Shown one piece after another: positions 35,973-44,307 of a DNA stretch of 64,000 bases; position 1 is the stretch's first letter; each line of letters starts with the position of its first letter. The translations under genes and the position numbers were made by a program. Source of the stretch: Clostridia bacterium (GTDB lineage Bacteria; Bacillota; Clostridia; Oscillospirales; CAG-272); contig JAFSSQ010000023.1 of the NCBI GenBank assembly GCA_017450965.1, positions 30,074-94,073 on the forward strand, given 5' to 3'. The notes beneath the pieces were generated by a model. The model ran no database searches, had not been told where the DNA came from, and saw only the letters and a list, made by a program, of their open reading frames with translations.

Positions 35973-37535
35973 TCAATCTTTGCAGAACGCCACCGCCGCT
36001 TCCGCCGCGCTCACCGCGTCCGGCGTGTAGCAATCCGCGCCGATCTGCCGGCAGAAATCCTCGGTGATCGGCGCGCCGCCGATCATGATCTTCACCTTGT
36101 CGCGGATCCCGGCTTCCTCCGCCTTCTTCACGACCTCTCCCATCACACCCATCGTGGTGGTGAGCAGCGCGGAGCAGCAGATCACGCGGCAGTTCTGCTC
36201 GATCGCGGTCTGGACAAAGGTCTCGGGCGAAACGTCGGTGCCGAGGTCGACGACTTCCAGTCCTTTGCCCTCCATCATCATCTTCACCAGGTTTTTGCCG
36301 ATGTCGTGGAGATCGCCTTGGACGGTGCCGATGCAAACCCGGCCGGCCGCCTGCGCGCCGTCCTCCGCAAGCAGGGGCTTGAGAACCTGCGCGCCCATGT
36401 TCATCGCCCGCGCCGCCACCAGCACCTCCGGGACGAAGACCTCATTGTTCTTGAATTTTTCGCCGATCACGTTCATCCCCGCGAGAAGCCCCTGATCCAG
36501 GATCTCCGAGGGCCGCGCTCCCTCGTCAACGGCCTGCTGCACCAGCTCCTTGACGACCTTCGCTTTGCCTTTTTGCAGGTTTTCCGAGATTTCGTTCAGG
36601 ATGCTCATTCGTTTTTCCTCCGTTCGGTTTTTGAGGGTTTCCGCTTCCGTCGCGCTTTGGCGGGCTGTCTGGCGGTATTCGGCCGGCGTCATTTTCAAAT
36701 ATCGGTTAAAATTCTTATAAAAAGAAGGAATGTCCCGCAGTCCGCAAAGGGGAACGATCTCCTCCACGGTCAGCGCGCTGTCCCGGAGGAGCCGGCACGC
36801 CTCGTCGAGGCGGACCGAGCGCAGAGTATCGGAAAAGAGACGTCCCGTCACGCTTTTGAAGAGCTTGCTGATGTGGGACGGACTGACGGAAAACAGTTCG
36901 GCGAGCGAGACGAGCGTCAGGTCGGCGTCGCCGTACCGCTCCTTCACGGTACGGAGCGCCGCCAGCACGATCTGGCTCTCCGCCGGGGAGACCGACGAGC
37001 CGTTTTTGATGCTGCAGTTGAGATAGCGCCCCACGTTGATCAAAAGCTGCGCCAGATCGAAGCGGACCGCTTCGGTCCATTCCGCTTTTTGCTCCGTCCG
37101 CTCGCTCTCGATATCGTCAAAGAGCGCGCCCACCTTTTCCTGCATCCGGACGTTGAGCGGAGCGCAGGCGAGGATGGCGTTGTCGTTGAATACGCCGTAG
37201 CAGTACCGCGGACTTTCCGGGCGGGCGATCTCACCCTCAAACCATTCTCCGATCCGGAACCGCAGCCGCCGGACGCTGAGCGATCCGTCCCTGTCCGCAA
37301 GGAAAAAACGGTGCGGCGTATTCGCAGGGATGATAAAAATATCGCCTGCCTTGCAAGGGAGCTCCTGATTGAGGACGCAGCAGACGCCGGCGCCCGAAAC
37401 GGCGAGACAGATCTCGGTCTGTTCGTGCATCATCAGGTTTTGAAACGCTCTCTCGGCGCGGTATACCTGATCGCAGGAAAGAAGGTCAAGGCGCACGTCC
37501 GATCCGTTGTCCGTTCCGGTGATCTCGCTTGGCAT
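35973..37535 (-). CDS. AraC-family regulator (cupin + HTH) fused in frame to a complete corrinoid (B12)-binding protein
   Basis: Residues 1-290 are a cupin plus AraC HTH (LAELFSVSPSHISKLFK...). Residues 310-520 start MSILNEISENLQKGK and carry DxHxxG (GDLHDIGK), SAL and IGGAP B12 motifs. Internal GGAGG + ATG at 36608. Confidence 0.7.
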   Translation of the reverse strand: MPSEITGTDNGSDVRLDLLSCDQVYRAERAFQNLMMHEQTEICLAVSGAGVCCVLNQELPCKAGDIFIIPANTPHRFFLADRDGSLSVRRLRFRIGEWFEGEIARPESPRYCYGVFNDNAILACAPLNVRMQEKVGALFDDIESERTEQKAEWTEAVRFDLAQLLINVGRYLNCSIKNGSSVSPAESQIVLAALRTVKERYGDADLTLVSLAELFSVSPSHISKLFKSVTGRLFSDTLRSVRLDEACRLLRDSALTVEEIVPLCGLRDIPSFYKNFNRYLKMTPAEYRQTARQSATEAETLKNRTEEKRMSILNEISENLQKGKAKVVKELVQQAVDEGARPSEILDQGLLAGMNVIGEKFKNNEVFVPEVLVAARAMNMGAQVLKPLLAEDGAQAAGRVCIGTVQGDLHDIGKNLVKMMMEGKGLEVVDLGTDVSPETFVQTAIEQNCRVICCSALLTTTMGVMGEVVKKAEEAGIRDKVKIMIGGAPITEDFCRQIGADCYTPDAVSAAEAAVAFCKD

Positions 37536-37579
37536 AGCTCTGTCCTCGTTTTGCGTCGTTCGGAGATTTTTCCACTTTT

Positions 37580-37608
37580 TTTATACCATACCGTCGGGAA
37601 AAAGTAAA
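37580..37608 (-). promoter_or_regulatory. candidate promoter of the corrinoid operon
   Basis: On the minus strand: TTTACT - 17 nt - TATAAA with TGg extended -10. Confidence 0.4.
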
Positions 37609-37712
37609 TAGGGTAAGATTTCCGTTTCACGCCTCCCGGAAAAGAATACCACAGAAGCGGGAACAGGAAAAAAGAAGACGGAACGCCGACCGGCGCTCCG
37701 CCCTTTCGTCTG

Positions 37713-38957
37713 TTATTTTTTGTACCCGTAAGCGGCGCTTTCCTTTTTCTCCACGCAGTCGAGCTCCAGCATATGCAGGAAGGACCCGGGCGTGTAGACG
37801 AGATAGTCGCCCACGCGGTCGCCGTTGTCGAGCGGGAAGGGCTTTCCCTCAAAAAAACCGAGGAGCTTCGCGGGGACGGGGTTGACGATCAGGATCTTTT
37901 TATCTTCCGTTTCGTATCCGAAGCGGTGGGTCGTGGACCAGGAAAAGAGCGTCACGCCGCGGATGCGGATATTGTGGATGTAGCGGGCGATCCCGTCGCC
38001 GGAGAGCTGCAGCGGCAGACCGCGCCGCACGGCGGGGATCAGCTTGCAGGAATACCGGACTCCCCGCGCCGTGACCGTGAAATCCTCCTCCGCCCGCAGC
38101 CGGAAGAGGGAGCGGTAGGGACGGCGGATCGGTGAAAGGGAAAAGCCGTTTTCCCGGCAGCTCTCCCGCAGACGGCGCAGAGCGCCTCTCCGCTTGGAAA
38201 GCGCGCGGATCCGCCGGATCAGGGCGACGAAGAGGAAAAAGGCGGCGATCCCCAAAAGGATCTTCAAAAACTCGGACCGGGTAAGCAGCGCGCCGAACGT
38301 GGCAAAATGGGGAACAAGGACCTGCCACAGCGTACCGACGAAGAGATAGAGGATGAAAACGGAGATCCATTCTTTGAGGAAGGTGGAGCGGCGCTTTTTG
38401 CGCGCCCAGGCGGTATCCTCCTCAAATTGCTTTTTCTCCGCGCTCCAGACCGCGGCGGCGGAGAGCCGCCCGCCCAGATCAAGCAGAAAAAGAAAGGGAA
38501 GCCAGACGGAGAGGAAGAGGGGTTTGACCGCCGGTCCTTTCCCAAACCATTCTTCTACCGCCGAATGGGAAAAGGAGAGGGGAAGAAGAACGAACGTGAG
38601 AACGACCGCCCCGAACTCGGCCCAGAAGCGGGGCGAGGAGAGAAAGAAACGGAGCTCTTCGAGAAGGGTAGCCGGGCGGCGCTTTGCCGTGTGGTAGCGG
38701 AGGTAGAAGGCGTCCCCGCAGAGCGTTTCGATCCGGGTAACGGAGTAAAAGATCCCGGCAAGGATCAACAGGCGGATCACAAAAAGCGCGATCCCGAAGC
38801 GGCCGGCGTCCGTCATATCCTCGTAGAAGGTCGTTTTGGCGAGAAGCCGGTGTACCTCCGCGATCGCGAGATAGGGAAGAAGACGGAAGAATACCGCGAC
38901 GAAAAAACGGAACGCGGAGAAAAGCCGACGTTCGACAGCCGGAAGCGAGATCTTCAC
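37713..38957 (-). CDS. membrane protein with C-terminal soluble domain, unknown function
   Basis: 414 aa, about 7 hydrophobic helices in the first 270 aa, then a basic linker and a soluble tail of about 130 aa. No family recognised. Confidence 0.5.
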   Translation of the reverse strand: MKISLPAVERRLFSAFRFFVAVFFRLLPYLAIAEVHRLLAKTTFYEDMTDAGRFGIALFVIRLLILAGIFYSVTRIETLCGDAFYLRYHTAKRRPATLLEELRFFLSSPRFWAEFGAVVLTFVLLPLSFSHSAVEEWFGKGPAVKPLFLSVWLPFLFLLDLGGRLSAAAVWSAEKKQFEEDTAWARKKRRSTFLKEWISVFILYLFVGTLWQVLVPHFATFGALLTRSEFLKILLGIAAFFLFVALIRRIRALSKRRGALRRLRESCRENGFSLSPIRRPYRSLFRLRAEEDFTVTARGVRYSCKLIPAVRRGLPLQLSGDGIARYIHNIRIRGVTLFSWSTTHRFGYETEDKKILIVNPVPAKLLGFFEGKPFPLDNGDRVGDYLVYTPGSFLHMLELDCVEKKESAAYGYKK

Positions 38958-39197
38958 GGTGCGTCCCCTCCTTTTTGGGTCGTTTTGCCCGGATACACCG
39001 CTATTATACGCCGCGGAACGCGGAAAATCAAGTTCCTTTTGCCGCCTCCGGCGCGATATTTTCCGTTCAATTCAACGTTTTTCGTTCCTTTTTCCGGGAA
39101 AAGAGGAAGCGCCGCCGCGTTTGCCCGGCAAAAGGATTTGACAAACCGGACCGGGTGTGATAGAGTAAAAAACAGAAAAGAAAAAGCGAGGAGCGAA

Positions 39198-39983
39198 ATG
39201 GAAACGAAAAAAGACGCCGCCTTCCTGATCACGGAGTTTTCGGTGCGGCATATGAAGTTCGATACCCGCCATCTCTGCGACGGCTCCGCCGGCAAACTCC
39301 ATACCAGCTTCGGTTATATCGTCAAGGGCTGCGATACGCTGACCACCGAACATCTTACCCTGGAGCTGAAGGAAGGGAGCTTTTTCTATCTGCCGGACGG
39401 GATCCGCTACCGCTCGGAATGGAAGGGTTCGCCCTCGATCGAGTATTATATGCTGCATATGACCTTTGCAAAAGGAGACGACCGGAAGTTTGAGCCGGCT
39501 GAGATCGCTCCGCTCTCCGGACCGGAGACGCTGGCGGTCATTTCACGGATCGAAGAGGGGTTATCCGGCGGAGAGGGAGAGCAGTTCGGCGCTCTCTCCT
39601 CGCTTTATCGCCTGGTCGCCCGGGCGTTCCCGTATCTCAAACCGTGGGAGAAGCCGGAGGGGAGCCCCGCGCTGAAAAAAGCGGTGGAATATCTGAAGGA
39701 GAATTACGCCCGCGATTTCAGCATGGCGGAGCTGGCCGGGCATTGTTTTCTGAGCGAGTCGCGCCTCTATCATCTTTTCGACAAAGAGCTGAAGATCTCT
39801 CCGCTGCGTTTGCGCAACGAGATCCGTGTCAATCGCGCGATGGCTATGCTTCGTACAGGCGAGGTGTCCCTGCGGGAGATCCTTGCGGAAACGGGTTTTT
39901 CCTCGGAAGCGTATTTCCGCAAGATCTTCAAGGAGCAGACGGGGATGACGCTTTCCGAATATGTCCGGATGCTGCAAAAATAA
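39198..39983 (+). CDS. AraC family transcriptional regulator (cupin + HTH)
   Basis: C-terminal AraC HTH (FSMAELAGHCFLSESRLYHLFDKE...EILAETGFSSEAYFRKIFK). Start moved from track ORF 38307 to ATG 39198 (GAGGAG SD). Confidence 0.8.
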   Translation: METKKDAAFLITEFSVRHMKFDTRHLCDGSAGKLHTSFGYIVKGCDTLTTEHLTLELKEGSFFYLPDGIRYRSEWKGSPSIEYYMLHMTFAKGDDRKFEPAEIAPLSGPETLAVISRIEEGLSGGEGEQFGALSSLYRLVARAFPYLKPWEKPEGSPALKKAVEYLKENYARDFSMAELAGHCFLSESRLYHLFDKELKISPLRLRNEIRVNRAMAMLRTGEVSLREILAETGFSSEAYFRKIFKEQTGMTLSEYVRMLQK

Positions 39984-40028
39984 CCGTAAAAAACAGCATA
40001 ATCGAGTAGTCCGTCGGGCAAAAGAAAA

Positions 40029-40056
40029 CGGGAAGTGTTCTTCCCGAGCGTTTTTT
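40029..40056 (+). terminator. weak terminator after AraC gene
   Basis: 7-bp stem CGGGAAG / CTTCCCG, then AGCG TTTTTT. Confidence 0.4.
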
Positions 40057-40080
40057 CGGCTTTTCTCAAACCGGAAGACA

Positions 40081-40147
40081 GCAGAAATGAGCAGAAAAAA
40101 GAGCAGAAAAGAACTGTGTTTCTTTTCTGCTTTTCTGTATAATAAAA
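40081..40147 (+). promoter_or_regulatory. GCAGAAA direct/inverted repeat array (candidate AraC operator) upstream of oxidoreductase operon
   Basis: GCAGAAA at 40081, 40091 and 40103. Inverted TTTCTGC at 40134-40140 and TTTCTG at 40142-40147. Abuts TATAAT at 40148-40153. Confidence 0.35.
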
Positions 40148-40176
40148 TCGGTAGCCTGTACAACGAGGTGGAAGAA

Positions 40177-41205
40177 TTGAAAACAAAAAACATCATATTT
40201 ACCAAACCGTATACCGCGGAGCTGACGGACGGCGATCTGCCGGAGACGCTCGGACCCGATCAGGTCCTTGTCCGCACGGTTTTCAGCACGGTCAGCCCGG
40301 GAACGGAGCGCGCCGTGATCTGCGACTCCCCCAACTGCGGCGGTTACCGCGAGCACGTTTTTCCGCGGCAGAGCGGTTATTCCTCCGCCGGATACGTCCT
40401 GCGCACGGGGGAGAAGGTCAAAAGCGTCAGCGCGGGCGACCGCGTGATCGTTTTCTGGGGGAAGCATTCCTCTTATAATCTTGTGCCGGAGCGTCAGGTC
40501 GTGAAGATCGAGGACGAGTTTGTCACGCTGGAGGAAGCGGCTGTCGTCTTCATTTCCACCTTCTCGCTCGCGGCGATCCGCAAATGCCGCCTCGAGATCG
40601 GGGAAAAGGCGCTGGTCATGGGCTGCGGTCTGCTCGGACAGTTTGCCGTGCGGCTTTTGCGTGCGGCGGGCGCCGCGCCGATCGTCGCCGTGGACACGGT
40701 CGCCGAGCGGCGGGCGGAAGCGCAAAGAAACGGCGCGGATTACGTGTTCGATCCGACCGACCCGGATTTTGCCGCCAAGGTCAAAGCCGTTACGGGCGGC
40801 GGCGTCAACGTTGCGATCGAGGTAACGGGCGTCGGCGCGGGACTGGACGAGGCGCTCGACTGCATGGCGCGTTACGGCAGGATCGCCCTGCTCGGCTGCA
40901 CCCGCGATAAAAACTTTACCATCGATTATTATCAGAAAATCCATACCCCCGGTATCACCGTCGTCGGCGCCCACACCAAGGCGCGCCCGGAGCACGATTC
41001 CCATCCGGGGTGGTTCACGCAGAGGGACGATATCAAGGCCGTTCTGCGGCTGCTTGCCGCGGGAAGGATCGACTTCCGTTCGATGCTTCCGGAGGCCCCC
41101 TTTTCTCCGGCGGAGTGCGGGGAGGTGTACGATCGCGTGATCCGCGACCGCTCCTTCCCGACGCTGGCGCAGTTTGACTGGCGTACTTTGGAAAGCGAGG
41201 AATAA
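40177..41205 (+). CDS. medium-chain (zinc-type) alcohol dehydrogenase family oxidoreductase
   Basis: MDR layout with GCGLLGQFAVRLL Rossmann motif. TTG start 40177 preceded by GAGGTGG. The track ORF start 39961 was rejected. Confidence 0.7.
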   Translation: MKTKNIIFTKPYTAELTDGDLPETLGPDQVLVRTVFSTVSPGTERAVICDSPNCGGYREHVFPRQSGYSSAGYVLRTGEKVKSVSAGDRVIVFWGKHSSYNLVPERQVVKIEDEFVTLEEAAVVFISTFSLAAIRKCRLEIGEKALVMGCGLLGQFAVRLLRAAGAAPIVAVDTVAERRAEAQRNGADYVFDPTDPDFAAKVKAVTGGGVNVAIEVTGVGAGLDEALDCMARYGRIALLGCTRDKNFTIDYYQKIHTPGITVVGAHTKARPEHDSHPGWFTQRDDIKAVLRLLAAGRIDFRSMLPEAPFSPAECGEVYDRVIRDRSFPTLAQFDWRTLESEE

Positions 41206-41209
41206 AACG

Positions 41210-42208
41210 ATGCAACGGATCAAGATTGGTCAGATCGGCGCGGAGCACGACCACGCCGGCGAGATCATGCGTACCCTGAAAAAATATCCCGAGGTTTTCG
41301 ATCTGGTCGGTTTTGCCGTACCGGAGGGGGAGAAGATCGCGGCGCCGAAGCAGTACGAAGGCGTTTCGCAGATGTCCGTAGAGGAGCTGCTCGCCGTCCC
41401 CGGTCTGCAGGCCGTCACGGTGGAGACCTACGAGCTGAATCTGACCAAATACGCGACGATGGCGATCAAGCGGGGGCTTGCCGTCCACATGGACAAACCG
41501 GGCGGCTCGGAACTGTCGGCGTTTGAGGAGATGATCTCCGCGGTGCAGGAAAACGGCGTCGTTTTTCACACCGGCTATATGTATCGCTACAATCCCGCCG
41601 TTCTCAAACTCAAGCAGCGGATCGAAAACGGGGAACTGGGCGAGATCTACAGCGTCGAAGCGCACATGGACTGCGGTCACAGCGCCGCGAAGCGCGAGTG
41701 GCTCGGCGCGTTCCCGGGCGGGATGATGTTCTTCCTCGGCTGTCATCTGATCGATATGGCGATCTTTTTGCGGGGCTTCCCCGAGGAGATCGTCCCCTAC
41801 AACGCTTCGACCGGGATCGGCGGCGTGACCGCGCCCGATTACGGCTTTGCCGTACTGAAATATCCGAACGGCGTTTCCTTTGTCAAGTCCTGCGCGGCGG
41901 AGGTCGGCGGCTATATGCGCCGCCAGCTCGTCGTGACCGGCAGCAAGGGCTCCGTCCAGCTGCTTCCTTTTGAGGCGATGGTCGATTACGGCCGCACAAC
42001 GGACATCTATACCGGCGTGCGCGAGTGCCTGGATACGAGCCGCAGCTGGTGGAACGACGGCTTCCGCTACACGACGCCTGCTTTCGACCGCTACGCCGCG
42101 ATGATGAAGGGTTTTGCCTCCTACGTCGCCGGGGAAAAGGAAAACCCCTTCTCGCCCGACTACGAGCTTGCCGTTTACCGCGCCATTCTTCTGGCGTGCG
42201 GGAGGTAA
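41210..42208 (+). CDS. Gfo/Idh/MocA family oxidoreductase
   Basis: N-terminal IKIGQIGAEHDHA Rossmann-type signature. Start ATG 41210. Confidence 0.75.
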   Translation: MQRIKIGQIGAEHDHAGEIMRTLKKYPEVFDLVGFAVPEGEKIAAPKQYEGVSQMSVEELLAVPGLQAVTVETYELNLTKYATMAIKRGLAVHMDKPGGSELSAFEEMISAVQENGVVFHTGYMYRYNPAVLKLKQRIENGELGEIYSVEAHMDCGHSAAKREWLGAFPGGMMFFLGCHLIDMAIFLRGFPEEIVPYNASTGIGGVTAPDYGFAVLKYPNGVSFVKSCAAEVGGYMRRQLVVTGSKGSVQLLPFEAMVDYGRTTDIYTGVRECLDTSRSWWNDGFRYTTPAFDRYAAMMKGFASYVAGEKENPFSPDYELAVYRAILLACGR

Positions 42209-42211
42209 GCG

Positions 42212-43252
42212 ATGGAAGAAAAAAAGAAAGTCCTCCTTCTCGCGGGCGGCGGAACGCTCGGCAGTTACACCGCGCTTGAACTGCTCAAGGCGGGGTGCTC
42301 CGTCGACGTTGTCTGCATGGAGGAGATCCGCTCCTACCAAAAAAATCTCCGGTATATCCGCGCGAAGATCGACGAAGCGTTCCTTCACGAGTTTCTCGGC
42401 GGGCGCCGCTACGACGCGATCGTCGACTTTCTCCATTACACGAACGTAAAGGAGTTTCCCCGCAAATTCGATTTTCTCTGTTCGCGGACCGACCGCTACG
42501 TTTTCCTCTCCTCCTACCGGGTTTACGCGGACGAGGAACATCCGGTACGTGAGACTTCGCCTCAGCTGCTCGATACGGTCGGGCGCACGGGGCTGCTCGC
42601 CCGCGATACCTACGGACTGACAAAATCGGAGAACGAGCGGTATATCCGCGTCTCTCCGCACAAAAACTGGACGATCGTCCGGCCGCTCATTTCCTTTTCC
42701 CGGTTCCGCTTTGACCTGGTGACCCTCGGCGGGCTCCATCTGATCCCGCGGTATCTCGCGGGCAAGGAGCTGCTCCTTCCCGAGGAGGCGAGAGACAAGC
42801 ACGCCGCGCTCGGCTGGGCGGGGAACGTTGGGATGCTGATCGCCCGTCTGCTCTTTGCGCCGGAGGCGGAGGGGGAGGACTTCATCGTCGGCAACGACGA
42901 AAACCTCACCTGGGAGGAGATCGCGCAGATTTATCACGAGGTGATGGGCCTCCGTTTCCGCTGGGTGCCCGCCGAGCTGTATCTGCAGGTCTGCACCGGC
43001 AATTCGGACGGCGACCGCATCATCCTCCTCCACGACCGGCTGTATGACCGCGAGATCGACAACGAAAAAGTCCGGCGCGTCACGCATACGAATCGGGAGG
43101 AGTTCGTCCCCTTCCGGGAGGCGCTGATGTGCGAGCTTGCCCGTCTCTCCGATTCGGAGGAATCGGTGAAACGTTTTACCGAGACCGAGGTCTCTTACCG
43201 CATCAACCGGCAGATGGACGCGTGGTTCGCCGCCCATCCGCAATCAGAATAA
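42212..43252 (+). CDS. NAD-dependent epimerase/dehydratase (extended SDR) family protein
   Basis: N-terminal VLLLAGGGTLGSYTALELL glycine-rich NAD motif. Confidence 0.65.
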   Translation: MEEKKKVLLLAGGGTLGSYTALELLKAGCSVDVVCMEEIRSYQKNLRYIRAKIDEAFLHEFLGGRRYDAIVDFLHYTNVKEFPRKFDFLCSRTDRYVFLSSYRVYADEEHPVRETSPQLLDTVGRTGLLARDTYGLTKSENERYIRVSPHKNWTIVRPLISFSRFRFDLVTLGGLHLIPRYLAGKELLLPEEARDKHAALGWAGNVGMLIARLLFAPEAEGEDFIVGNDENLTWEEIAQIYHEVMGLRFRWVPAELYLQVCTGNSDGDRIILLHDRLYDREIDNEKVRRVTHTNREEFVPFREALMCELARLSDSEESVKRFTETEVSYRINRQMDAWFAAHPQSE

Positions 43253-43271
43253 GAGAAACAAGGAATCAACC

Positions 43272-44261
43272 ATGAAAGCAATCATAATCCGGAAGGACGA
43301 AAACAGATCTCTCCGCTGGGAGGAGGTCCCCGCCCCGCAGACCAAAGCGGGCGAGATCAAGATCAAGGTCGCGTACGCCGCGCTCAACCGCGCGGATCTG
43401 ATGCAGAGGGAGGGGGACTACCCGCCGCCTCCCGGATGCCCCGAATGGATGGGCCTGGAGGTCTCCGGCGAGATCTGCGAGATGAGCGAGGAGGCAAAGC
43501 GCGAGTCCCCTTTTTCCCTCGGGGATAAGGTCTGCGCGCTGCTCGGCGGCGGGGGATACGCCGAATACGTGACCGTACTGTGGGATATGGCGATGCCGAT
43601 CCCCGAAAACACCTCGATGATCGAGGCGGCCGCTATGCCGGAGGCGTTTGCCACCGCCTATCTCAACCTCTTCTGGGAGGGAAAGATCGAGCCGGGCAAC
43701 ACGCTGCTCATGAACGCGGGCGCCTCCGGGCTGGCCAGCGTTGTGATCCCGATGGCAAAGGCGTTCGGCATCCGCGTGATCACCACCGTGATCTCGGACG
43801 AGATGGTAAAGGCGATCGCGCACCTCGGCGCGGACATCGTCGTCAACACCAGAAAGACCGATATCGTCAAAGTTCTTGAAGACGAGCTGGCGGCCGGGCG
43901 TGGCGTGGACGTGGCGATCGACTGTCTCGGGGGAGAGGTGATGGGTAAGTGCCTCTTCCATCTCACGCACGGCGCGCGCTGGATCGTGATCGCCGCCCTT
44001 GCGGGACAGGAAACGACCGTTGATCTCAAAAACATCTATAAGCGCAACGTCCGCATCGTCGGTTCCACCCTCCGCTCCAAGAGCCCGCAGAAGAAGGCGG
44101 AGATCCTTTCCGAGCTGGTGAAAAACGTCTGGCCGAAGGTCGCGAGCGGCGAGGTGAAGCCCACGATCTACAAGGTCCTCCCCATCACCGAGGCGGAGGA
44201 AGCGCACAATATCCTGAAACGCGGCGAAAACGCCGGAAAAGTCGTTTTAAAGGTGAACTGA
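43272..44261 (+). CDS. NAD(P)H:quinone oxidoreductase (zeta-crystallin/PIG3-like MDR)
   Basis: AALNRADLMQREGDYPPPPG signature and AGASGLASV cofactor motif. Confidence 0.75.
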   Translation: MKAIIIRKDENRSLRWEEVPAPQTKAGEIKIKVAYAALNRADLMQREGDYPPPPGCPEWMGLEVSGEICEMSEEAKRESPFSLGDKVCALLGGGGYAEYVTVLWDMAMPIPENTSMIEAAAMPEAFATAYLNLFWEGKIEPGNTLLMNAGASGLASVVIPMAKAFGIRVITTVISDEMVKAIAHLGADIVVNTRKTDIVKVLEDELAAGRGVDVAIDCLGGEVMGKCLFHLTHGARWIVIAALAGQETTVDLKNIYKRNVRIVGSTLRSKSPQKKAEILSELVKNVWPKVASGEVKPTIYKVLPITEAEEAHNILKRGENAGKVVLKVN

Positions 44262-44307
44262 GGTTCGCCGTGAATAAGAATTTGCCTTTGGCAGAAAGAG
44301 GTATCTT

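Noticed and set aside
33015-37607. Plus-strand ORFs of 457, 492 and 555 aa (33015-34388, 34490-35968, 35940-37607) across the corrinoid operon
   Set aside because: The minus-strand genes carry specific cofactor motifs (DxHxxG, 2Fe-2S cluster, ASKHA, HxC zinc site) and AGGAGG SDs. The plus-strand frames are R/G/P-rich with no motifs.
38307-39197. N-terminal extension of the AraC ORF (558 aa in track)
   Set aside because: The extension is antisense to the 414-aa membrane protein gene and is low-complexity (E/K/R/G). ATG 39198 has an SD and gives a normal 261-aa AraC protein.
41033-43243. 736-aa minus-strand ORF across the oxidoreductase operon, plus 40066-41223, 43266-44207 and 44185-45255
   Set aside because: These are antisense to four plus-strand genes with clear Rossmann motifs and tight operon spacing. 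They are GC artefacts.
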